This document shows, piece by piece, positions 20,508 to 28,111 of a DNA stretch of 64,000 nucleotides. The first letter of the stretch is position 1, and the number at the start of each line of letters is the position of its first letter. The stretch is from an uncultured bacterium (GTDB lineage: Bacteria > Krumholzibacteriota > Krumholzibacteriia > LZORAL124-64-63): positions 128,001-192,000 of the forward strand of contig CAVSZB010000007.1 in the NCBI GenBank assembly GCA_963732385.1. Reading direction: 5' to 3'. The notes under the pieces were generated by a model. That model was not told the origin of the DNA, searched no databases, and saw only the letters and a list, made by a program, of their open reading frames with translations. Position numbers and translations under genes: made by a program.

Positions 20508-20894
20508 ATGCGTCGACTGGCTCTTGATGATATGCCGTGCGGTCTGACCGTCGCGCGCGCAGTCCGCAACGCGGCCAACACCGTCCTGCTCGAGCGGGGC
20601 GTGGTGCTGGATGCGCGGATGATCGGCTGCCTGCGCTCGCTCGGGGTCAGCCACGTCTACGTCCATCCCGATCGCAGCGCGGACCCCCCCGACGCTCTGG
20701 AGCAGGCGGTCCGCGAGGAGGTGACCCGGCGCCAGGAGCGCCGTTTCGGCGATGTCTCCGGTGATCCGTATCGGGCGGCCCTCATGGCCGCCACGATCGA
20801 GATCAAGGTCGGCGAGCGACTTGCGGCAGGGGTCTTCCCGCCGGCGGATCGCGAGCCGGTCGCCGCGCCATCCGGGGGGGGGGCCGATGCGTGA
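20508..20894 (+). CDS. Hypothetical protein resembling the small N-terminal domain of HD-GYP/HDOD-associated proteins
   Basis: LDDMPCGLTVARAVRNAANTVLLERGVVLDARMIGCLRSLGVSHVYV pattern; overlaps the HDOD start. Confidence 0.7.
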   Translation: MRRLALDDMPCGLTVARAVRNAANTVLLERGVVLDARMIGCLRSLGVSHVYVHPDRSADPPDALEQAVREEVTRRQERRFGDVSGDPYRAALMAATIEIKVGERLAAGVFPPADREPVAAPSGGGADA

Positions 20895-21801
20895 TCGCGT
20901 GCACGATCTGACCCGACGGATCCACGACCTGCCGACCCTGCCGGCCGTCTATCAGCAGGTCGAGGCGCTGACGCGCGATCCCTCATCGTCGTCCGCGCAG
21001 CTGGCGCAACTCCTCTCCCGGGACCCGGTGCTCACCGCGCGGCTGCTGAGGGTGGTCAATTCGGCGCGTTACGCGCTGACCGAACGGGTCACGACCGTCT
21101 CCCGGGCCATCAGCATCCTCGGGCACCGCACTGTCCGGGACACCGTGCTGGTGACGTCGGTCCTGAGCCTGCTGCCGAATGAGCCGCGGCGCCGGGATCT
21201 CGCGGAAGCGTTCTGGCGCCACGCCATCGCCGTCGGCTCGGCCGCGCAGGTCCTGGGGGCTCCGAACGGGGGACCGGCGGCGGAGGAATTCTTCACCGCC
21301 GGCCTGCTGCACGATATGGGCAAGCTGATCTGGCTGCGCTTCTTCCCCGATGATCTGCTGGCCATGCACGATTCGGCCGCGTCCGCCGGCATCACGCTGC
21401 TCGAGGCCGAACTGGCGATGGCGGGCACGACCCACGTCCGACTCGGGCGGATCCTGGCGCGTCGCTGGCGGCTGCCGGAGATTTACCAGGATGTGATCGG
21501 GTTCCACCACGAGGTGGGGGGCGGGACCGGCAACGGGTCGATCTGCTTCGTGGTGCAGCTGGCCGATCTTGTTGCACATGCGCTGGAACTTGGCTGGCCG
21601 TCGCCGCTGGGGTTGCCGGCCGTGCAGCCGGAGGCGTGGCTCTCCCTGCGCCTCGATCCGGAGGTCCTGCCGGACATGCTCGAGGCGGTCCAGGCGGAAT
21701 TTCAGGAGAATATCGAACTGTTCCCGCTATTCACGAACGACGGCGCCGCCGAGGCGTCGGGAGGCCGGGAGGCGACGCCGGCGCCGGCGCTGGCGGGTTG
21801 A
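20887..21801 (+). CDS. HDOD domain signal-transduction protein
   Basis: DLPTLP, DPVLTARLLRVVNS, AISILG, FWRHA, AGLLHDMGKL, WRLP, GFHH. Confidence 0.93.
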   Translation: MRDRVHDLTRRIHDLPTLPAVYQQVEALTRDPSSSSAQLAQLLSRDPVLTARLLRVVNSARYALTERVTTVSRAISILGHRTVRDTVLVTSVLSLLPNEPRRRDLAEAFWRHAIAVGSAAQVLGAPNGGPAAEEFFTAGLLHDMGKLIWLRFFPDDLLAMHDSAASAGITLLEAELAMAGTTHVRLGRILARRWRLPEIYQDVIGFHHEVGGGTGNGSICFVVQLADLVAHALELGWPSPLGLPAVQPEAWLSLRLDPEVLPDMLEAVQAEFQENIELFPLFTNDGAAEASGGREATPAPALAG

Positions 21802-21858
21802 CGATGATCCGGCGCGTGCGCCGGTGAAGACATCGCTGAGGCGAGGGAGGTTCTTTCC

Positions 21859-22494
21859 ATGATCACGACCTGTACCGGATGTCAGACCCGTTACCGCCTG
21901 GACGACGGCCGAGTGCCGCGGCGCCGGATCCGGGTGCGCTGCCCGCGTTGCGAGGCGGTCTTCGCCCTGGACGGGACGCAGGCGGCGGCGCAGGTCGCGC
22001 CGGCCGAGGACGGGCTCGTCATCGAGCGCTCCGGAGGGGGTCTGTTCAGCGCTCCGCCGGCCTCCGCGGCGGCAGTGGAGATGCCACGCCCCGTTCCTCA
22101 TCCGCAATCGTTCCCGACTCCTGCGCCGGCCGCGGCTCCGGCGGGCGCTTTCGCGACCGCGCGGACGACGACGGTCTCGACCGCCGCGGTGGCCGAGCCG
22201 GCGGCTCCGGCCGCCGATCCCGAGGCTCCCGGCGATCCGGGCGGCCGACCGCGCCGCGATCGCGACAAGGCCCGCCGCCTGGCGCGCGCCCTGGTGTCCG
22301 ACATCCTGGTCTACAACCGCGAATCGCGCGACCGGGCCATGAAAGAGGGCAACCTCATCCAGGCGCTCGGTCCTGAAATCAAGAAGTCGTGGGAGTTGTA
22401 CAAGGAGCGGGTCACCCCCGAGGTGGCCAACAGCACTTCGCATTTCCGGGACGCCCTGAACGAGATCCTGGCCGAGGGGCAGAAAGTCTTCTAG
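21859..22494 (+). CDS. MJ0042-type zinc-ribbon protein with Pro/Ala linker and helical C-terminal domain
   Basis: CTGCQTRYRL...VRCPRC; C-terminal KARRLARALVSDILVYN...IKKSWELYKERV...FRDALNEILA; GGAGG RBS. Confidence 0.87.
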   Translation: MITTCTGCQTRYRLDDGRVPRRRIRVRCPRCEAVFALDGTQAAAQVAPAEDGLVIERSGGGLFSAPPASAAAVEMPRPVPHPQSFPTPAPAAAPAGAFATARTTTVSTAAVAEPAAPAADPEAPGDPGGRPRRDRDKARRLARALVSDILVYNRESRDRAMKEGNLIQALGPEIKKSWELYKERVTPEVANSTSHFRDALNEILAEGQKVF

Positions 22495-22514
22495 GACGGA
22501 AGGAGCAGGCCGGG

Positions 22515-23384
22515 ATGGATCAATCCGCCCCGGAAGCCCTCACCTTCGGGCTGTCCACGCGCGCGTTGGCGGAGCTCAAGGGGCTCGCGCCGGCCGAGGG
22601 GGACCGTCTGCGTCTGGCGTTGGCCGGCGAGGACCCGGTGCTGGCGCCCGATGATCCGGGTGAGCGCCTCTGTGCGCTGCTGGTTGCTGCCGAGTGCGGC
22701 GGGGAAATCCCGCCGGCGCTGGTGGCCGCCATACGCGAACACCTCGACGGCGGTCGCTATCTGATCGCCCTTTCGAGTCGCGGCGGCGCCGCGACCGGCG
22801 GCGGCGGTGAGTGCGTCGCGGGGACTGACGGAGCGATTGCGAACGGAGAAACGTTCGGTCCGGCCGGCGGGGAGACCGGCGCCTTCCGTGAGTTCCTGGA
22901 TCGCTGGCGCTTCGAACGTATTTTCCGCACTGCACCGCAACTGGCCGGCTATGGACGGGCCACGCTCGAACTGACCATTCCGAACGAAGAGGCCCTCATC
23001 CCGGGACTGAGTCATACCGTGGGGCTGCTGCTGCGGGAGTTCGGATTCGCCCAGGACGACTGGATGTCCACCGTGCCTCTGGTGCTTGACGAGGTGCTGA
23101 CCAACGCCATGCGCCACGGCAACCAGGGGGTGCCGGGAAAATGCGTGCACGTCAGTGTCGTCATCGACGCCGAGATGCTGCGCGTGACCGTCACCGATGA
23201 GGGAGAGGGCTTCCAGCGCGAAGGCGTGGCCGATCCCCGCCAGGGTGACCGCATCTGGCGCACGGGTGGGCGGGGACTGTTTCTGATCGAGCAGTTGATG
23301 GACGAAGTGTCCTACCGCGACGAGGGGCGCACCGTCGATCTCGTCAAGCACAATCGTGCCGTCAGCTCCCCTTGCCTCGGCTGA
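22515..23384 (+). CDS. RsbW/SpoIIAB-like HATPase protein (anti-sigma Ser/Thr kinase) with a possible degenerate receiver N-terminus
   Basis: DEVLTNAMRHGN (N box), VTDEGEGF (G1), GGRGLFLIEQLMDEV (G2). Confidence 0.85.
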   Translation: MDQSAPEALTFGLSTRALAELKGLAPAEGDRLRLALAGEDPVLAPDDPGERLCALLVAAECGGEIPPALVAAIREHLDGGRYLIALSSRGGAATGGGGECVAGTDGAIANGETFGPAGGETGAFREFLDRWRFERIFRTAPQLAGYGRATLELTIPNEEALIPGLSHTVGLLLREFGFAQDDWMSTVPLVLDEVLTNAMRHGNQGVPGKCVHVSVVIDAEMLRVTVTDEGEGFQREGVADPRQGDRIWRTGGRGLFLIEQLMDEVSYRDEGRTVDLVKHNRAVSSPCLG

Positions 23385-23802
23385 TATCCGTCAGGATGGC
23401 GTCGATGTGCTGACGGATGCGGGTGTTCTGATCCGGTTCGAAGAGCGCCTTCCGCACCCGCCCGTCGGAATCCTTCTTGAGGTACCGCAGCGATTGCAGG
23501 TCGGTCATGGGCATCAGGATGTCCTTGGAGACCTTGACCTCGATGGTCTCCCCCTCCTGGTTGCAGCCCGGATTGTTGAACGGGTGCATGCCCATGCCCC
23601 AGCCGTGGACGATCATCGAGCAGACCAGAGCGCGGAATGTGTTCTGACCCTGGACAGTCTCGAGATCGAGGTTGTCGCTCAGGCGGTCCATCACGCCGTC
23701 CACCATGAGCACCAGCTTCTCGACGACCGTGGGGTCGATCTCCATCTGCAGCAGCCGGGTGAACATCGCTTTGAGAATCCGGTCCGTATTGGTGACGGTC
23801 AT
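23362..23802 (-). CDS. Hypothetical protein (146 aa)
   Basis: Natural amino-acid composition with G/C-ending codons, GGAG RBS and its own upstream promoter motif; convergent 23-nt overlap with the HATPase gene. Confidence 0.75.
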   Translation of the reverse strand: MTVTNTDRILKAMFTRLLQMEIDPTVVEKLVLMVDGVMDRLSDNLDLETVQGQNTFRALVCSMIVHGWGMGMHPFNNPGCNQEGETIEVKVSKDILMPMTDLQSLRYLKKDSDGRVRKALFEPDQNTRIRQHIDAILTDISRGKGS

Positions 23803-23864
23803 GCCATTCGCTCCGAGGTCCGGGGGGTGGGGGGCGCCGCGAACGCGCGGCGGTTCGTCTTTCA

Positions 23865-23891
23865 GTATCGCGCCCGGCGGCCCACGCTTGA
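23865..23891 (-). promoter_or_regulatory. Sigma-28-type promoter for the 146-aa gene
   Basis: Minus strand (C)TCAAG-N14-CGCGATAC. Confidence 0.55.
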
Positions 23892-23997
23892 GTCGTCTTC
23901 ACGGCGACCGCGAGCGGCCCGCGCCGGGCATCGTTGCTGTATGCAAATTGCCCGCCAAATGGGAACAAGGCCACGGACAATTTCGCAAACGGCGCAA

Positions 23998-24040
23998 TAT
24001 CAGTCGGTTAATGATGCTGGAGGAAGGCACGGCGCTTGCT
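23998..24040 (+). promoter_or_regulatory. Sigma-54 (-24/-12) promoter with upstream IHF site
   Basis: AGGCACGGCGCTTGCT (GG-N10-GC, 24025-24040); TATCAGTCGGTTA at 23998-24010 matches WATCARnnnnTTR. Confidence 0.7.
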
Positions 24041-24070
24041 TTACGATTCGGTGATGAAAGGCCCCTGCAC

Positions 24071-24958
24071 ATGATGGACAGCCACTCGACCACCGCCGTC
24101 TCCTCACCGGCCCGCACCTGCCGCGTCCTCTTCTTTGGACCGTCCGGGAGTGGCAAGACGGCGAATCTAATCCAGATCGCCAGTTGCGTGCCGCAGGAGT
24201 TCCGGGTGCCGGTCGCGGCGACGGGGGGGGGCGAGCGTTTCAGCTTCCGCGTGGATGCCGGCGATCTCGGTCCCTGGATCGTCGAGGCGGTGGTTGCCGA
24301 TGCCGCGGCGGTGGGCGTCCCCGTGGCCGCCGGGCGCGGCTTCCCCTTCGACGGTGTGGTTTTCGTGGCCGACTCCAGCGCCGACCGTCTCGATCTGAAC
24401 CTGAGCGCGATCGAGACGTTGAAGACCGATCTCGAGGCGGGCGGGTACGATCTCACCTCTCTGCCGATGGTGATCCAGTACAACCACCAGGACGCTCCGG
24501 GGCGCCTGCCGGTGGATCGGCTCGAGAGCCTGCTCAATCCCTGGGGCATGCCGTCGTTTCCGGCCATCGCGGCCCAGGGGGTGGGGGTACGCGAGACTCT
24601 GCGCGCCGTGCTCGGGCTGACGATGCGTCAGCTCGATCGCGCCGCCGCCGCGCCCGCTGAAACCGACGGGCCCGGATCCGGTTGTGACCATGCCCCGGCC
24701 GCGATGCCGGCGCCAGCGTCCGCATCGCCGGCGCCAGCGGCAGCGTTTTCGCGGGCGGTCTCGGTGCCGGCGCCCGCGGTGGGCGATGACCGGGTGCTCC
24801 GCATCGAACCGGAGGAGCGGGGCGAGACCATGTTCGCCACCCGCCGTCCTCCCATCGTCGTCCCGGTGCGGGTGCCGCGCTCGTTGCTGGAGCGCTACGG
24901 CACGGTGCGGATCGTGCTCGAGTTGGAAGTGGACGGTCGCGGCCCCGGCGTGGATTGA
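24071..24958 (+). CDS. MglA-like small GTPase fold protein with degenerate motifs and C-terminal extension
   Basis: FFGPSGSGKTANL, DGVVFVADS, GYDLTSLPMVIQYNHQD and FPAIAAQGVGVRETL all parallel MglA; G3 and G4 are altered. Confidence 0.85.
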   Translation: MMDSHSTTAVSSPARTCRVLFFGPSGSGKTANLIQIASCVPQEFRVPVAATGGGERFSFRVDAGDLGPWIVEAVVADAAAVGVPVAAGRGFPFDGVVFVADSSADRLDLNLSAIETLKTDLEAGGYDLTSLPMVIQYNHQDAPGRLPVDRLESLLNPWGMPSFPAIAAQGVGVRETLRAVLGLTMRQLDRAAAAPAETDGPGSGCDHAPAAMPAPASASPAPAAAFSRAVSVPAPAVGDDRVLRIEPEERGETMFATRRPPIVVPVRVPRSLLERYGTVRIVLELEVDGRGPGVD

Positions 24959-25037
24959 ACCGTCCGCCAGCGGCGCTTGCAGGCCGCCGAAGGTGTCGCG
25001 GTTGACCCGCCGTTCTGTCTCGCTTATCCTCTCCCAC

Positions 25038-25925
25038 ATGACAGATTTACGCCACACAGCCCTGCCCGCCGACGGCGATCAGGCCGCGCACACCGGAACC
25101 GAATGGTTCGCACTCGGCCAGCGCGCCGAGGGGGACGGCGATCTGGACGCCGGCAGGCGGGCCTACGCGGCCGCGGTCGCGCAGGATCCGCGCCAGCCGG
25201 AATGGCACTACCGGCTCGGCTGTGTCAGCCGTAAGCTCGGTCTGCTTGCTGAGGCGGTGGTCGCCTTTCGACGGGCCGCCGAACTGGCGCCGGAGGAGGC
25301 GCGTCACCTGTTGAATCTGGGCACTGTGTTCGACCGTCTCGGCCAGCGGGAAGAGGCGGTGCGCAGCTACCAGGCGGCGCTCTCGCGCGACCCGCGCAAC
25401 GCCGAGGCGCACAACAATCTCGGCGCCATCCACGCGGAGGCGGGGCGTTCGGAAGAGGCGGTGCGTTCGTTCGAGGCGGCCATCGCGGCGCGGCCCGATG
25501 CGCAGGGGTGGCAGAATCTCGGCCTGGTGCATTTCCATCAGGACGATTTCGAGCGGGCGCTGCACTGCTTCGAACAGGTGCTGCTGCTCGCCCCCGACTC
25601 CGCGCTGGGGCACTACTACGCCGGTCTGTGCCAGATGCGCAAGGGGCTCTACCGCGAGGCGACGCTGCGTTTCCGCCGCGCCTTCGAACTCGATGCGCGT
25701 CTCGGTCGCGCCCAGTTTCACGCCGGGGCCTGTCTGCACAAGGTGGGGCGTTTCGACGAGGCGCTGCTGGCGCTGCGGCGGGCTCTGGAATCGTTTCCGG
25801 AGGATCCGCGGCTGCACTACCAGCTCGGCCTCACCTGCGATGCGCTGCTGCTGCATCAGGAGGCGCGCCAGCACTATCGCCACGCCCGCGCCGTCAATGC
25901 CGGCGGCTTCGGCGGTACGCTCTGA
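25038..25925 (+). CDS. TPR-only protein
   Basis: About 8 canonical TPRs (PRNAEAHNNLGAI, GWQNLGLV, HYQLGLT). Confidence 0.9.
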   Translation: MTDLRHTALPADGDQAAHTGTEWFALGQRAEGDGDLDAGRRAYAAAVAQDPRQPEWHYRLGCVSRKLGLLAEAVVAFRRAAELAPEEARHLLNLGTVFDRLGQREEAVRSYQAALSRDPRNAEAHNNLGAIHAEAGRSEEAVRSFEAAIAARPDAQGWQNLGLVHFHQDDFERALHCFEQVLLLAPDSALGHYYAGLCQMRKGLYREATLRFRRAFELDARLGRAQFHAGACLHKVGRFDEALLALRRALESFPEDPRLHYQLGLTCDALLLHQEARQHYRHARAVNAGGFGGTL

Positions 25926-25974
25926 CCCCGCGGGGGCAGGCCGGCACGGGACCTGGATTGGGAAAACGGGGGGA

Positions 25975-26349
25975 TCAGGCGATCGTCGCGTCGAGGCAGC
26001 GACTGACAGTTTCGCGCACCCGATCCGGATCGAACGGCTTCACCAGGAAATCGCGCGCGCCGGCCTTGATCGCCTCGAGCACCTTCTGTTTCTGACCGAG
26101 AGCGCTGATCATGATCACGTTCGCGTCCGGGTCGGCCGCGACGATCGCCTTGAGCGCGCCGATGCCGTCCAGACGGGGCATGGTGATGTCGAGCGCGACG
26201 AGATCGGGCTTCAATTCACGGTACATGTGCACCGCCTGCTCGCCGTCGCGCGCTTCGCCCGCCACGGTCAGTCCCATCTCGCAGACGATCTCCCTGAGCA
26301 TCGCGCGCATGAATTCAGCGTCGTCCACGATGAGAACTGTGTTGCCCAT
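25975..26349 (-). CDS. cheY: CheY-like single-domain response regulator
   Basis: VLIVDDAEFMR, LDITMP.DG, ISALGQ, AIKAGARDFLVKPF (Bacillus/Thermotoga-type CheY); GGAGG RBS. Confidence 0.85.
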   Translation of the reverse strand: MGNTVLIVDDAEFMRAMLREIVCEMGLTVAGEARDGEQAVHMYRELKPDLVALDITMPRLDGIGALKAIVAADPDANVIMISALGQKQKVLEAIKAGARDFLVKPFDPDRVRETVSRCLDATIA

Positions 26350-26495
26350 CAATGACCTCCCCAGGGCCCGTGCTGCCCTGGTGGTGGCGGGCCGGCCGCG
26401 GCCGGCGGCTTCTGTTGCTTCGGCGCGCTGACGGTCCGCGCCGGAGTCCGGCGCCTCGCGAGCCTGGCGGCCGGGCATCTCCATGGTGTACTTTG

Positions 26496-26523
26496 GTTTC
26501 GACGCGACCGGCGGCCCCCTTTA
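26496..26523 (-). promoter_or_regulatory. Sigma-28-type promoter for the cheY-like gene
   Basis: Minus strand (C)TAAAG-N15-GTCGAAAC. Confidence 0.45.
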
Positions 26524-26570
26524 GCCTGATATCCGCGGGGGATGGGCGCCGATCGGGAAGGAGGGGCGGC

Positions 26571-28028
26571 ATGCGGAGGCAGGAAACGGTCCGATCCCGG
26601 CGCGGCGGCCGGCCGGGGGGCTGGAGACGGGTGGCGCTGGCGGTGGTCGTGGTGGCTCTGGGGCTCGGCGGGGCCACGGCGGGGGCCGCCACGTCTCCGG
26701 TGGCGGCCTCCGAGGCGCCGGGGCGCAAGGCCCTGGATGTGACCATCTACAACAACGATCTCGCGCTCGTGCGCGAGGTGCGCGCCGTGGAACTGCCGGC
26801 GGGGGCGTGCGCGCTCGAATTCCGCGACGTGCCGGCGCAGATTGAGCCGCGGTCGCTGTTGGTCGACTTCGGCGCGAAGTCGCCGGTGCGGCTGCTCGAA
26901 CAGGATTACGAGTTCGATCTCCTCTCGCGCGAGAAGATCCTCGAGAAGTACATCGGGCAGGAGGTCGCCTGGATCCAGGAGGATGGCAGGCGCATCAGGG
27001 GGCGGCTGCTCGGCATGACCGCCGGGCCGGTGTTCGAAGTGGACGGCGAGGTGCTGTTCGAAGTGCCGGGCCGCATCGCCCTGCCGGCGCTGCCGGCGAA
27101 TCTGCGGGCGCGTCCCACCCTGGTCTGGCGCCTCGACGCCGGCAAGGGTGGCGCGGTCGAGGTGGAGGCCTCCTACCTCACGCGTGGCGTCTCCTGGTCG
27201 ACCGACTACGTCCTGCAGCTGGACGCCAGGGGGGAGCGCGCCGGCCTGCAGGCCTGGGTCTCGATCGACAACCGCAGTGGCGGCGCGTTCGGTGACGCGC
27301 GCCTGCTGCTCGTGGCGGGGGAGATCAGCCAGGTGCGGCCGCAGCCGGCGCCGCGGATGATGATGAAGACCATGGCGGCGGCCGACTACGCCGAGGGGGT
27401 GCAGGAGGAGGCGCTCTACGACTACCACCTCTACACGCTGCCGGGCGTGACCACGCTCAAGGATGCGCAGATCAAGCAGGTTTCGCTGTTCGAGGCGGGC
27501 GGCATCGGCGTGCGGCGGCACTACCGTCTCGGCGGCCAGGCGTACTGGTTCCAGAGCCCGCGCCTGAAGCAGAAGACCGAGGAGAAGGTGGCGGTGTCGC
27601 TCACCTTTGAAAATCGCCAGGCCAACGGCCTGGGGCTGCCGCTGCCGGCCGGCACGGTGCGGGTGTACGGTCAGGCCGCCTCGGGCGGGCGCCAGCTGCT
27701 GGGCGAGGACCGCATCGATCACACGCCAAAGGACGAGGAGGTCGAACTGCAGATCGGCGTCGCGTTCGATCTCGTGGCGGAGCGGACCCAGACCGACTAC
27801 AAACGCATTGCCGACAACGTTCACCAGTCGGCCTATCGCCTCGTGCTGCGCAATCACAAGGCCGAGGCGGTCACCGTCGAGGTGGTCGAGCCGACCGGCG
27901 GGGACTGGCAGGTCCTCGAGTCGTCGTTGCCGGCGCGTAAGCGCAGCGTGTCGGCTTTGGAGTTCGATGTGCCGGTGCCGGCGGGCGGAGAGACCGTGTT
28001 GACGTACCGGCTGCAGGTGAGCTACTAG
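26571..28028 (+). CDS. DUF4139-family exported protein
   Basis: Signal peptide; VTIYNNDLALVRE, YLTRGVSWSTDY, DYHLYTL, GLPLPAG.VRVY, IDHTPKDE motifs. Confidence 0.88.
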   Translation: MRRQETVRSRRGGRPGGWRRVALAVVVVALGLGGATAGAATSPVAASEAPGRKALDVTIYNNDLALVREVRAVELPAGACALEFRDVPAQIEPRSLLVDFGAKSPVRLLEQDYEFDLLSREKILEKYIGQEVAWIQEDGRRIRGRLLGMTAGPVFEVDGEVLFEVPGRIALPALPANLRARPTLVWRLDAGKGGAVEVEASYLTRGVSWSTDYVLQLDARGERAGLQAWVSIDNRSGGAFGDARLLLVAGEISQVRPQPAPRMMMKTMAAADYAEGVQEEALYDYHLYTLPGVTTLKDAQIKQVSLFEAGGIGVRRHYRLGGQAYWFQSPRLKQKTEEKVAVSLTFENRQANGLGLPLPAGTVRVYGQAASGGRQLLGEDRIDHTPKDEEVELQIGVAFDLVAERTQTDYKRIADNVHQSAYRLVLRNHKAEAVTVEVVEPTGGDWQVLESSLPARKRSVSALEFDVPVPAGGETVLTYRLQVSY

Positions 28029-28111
28029 CACGCGGTCCCGGTACGCATGTCGGCAGGAGAACGGGGGCGATCACGCGGTCGCCCCTGGTTTCGTGCGGGC
28101 AGGGGGGTGGC

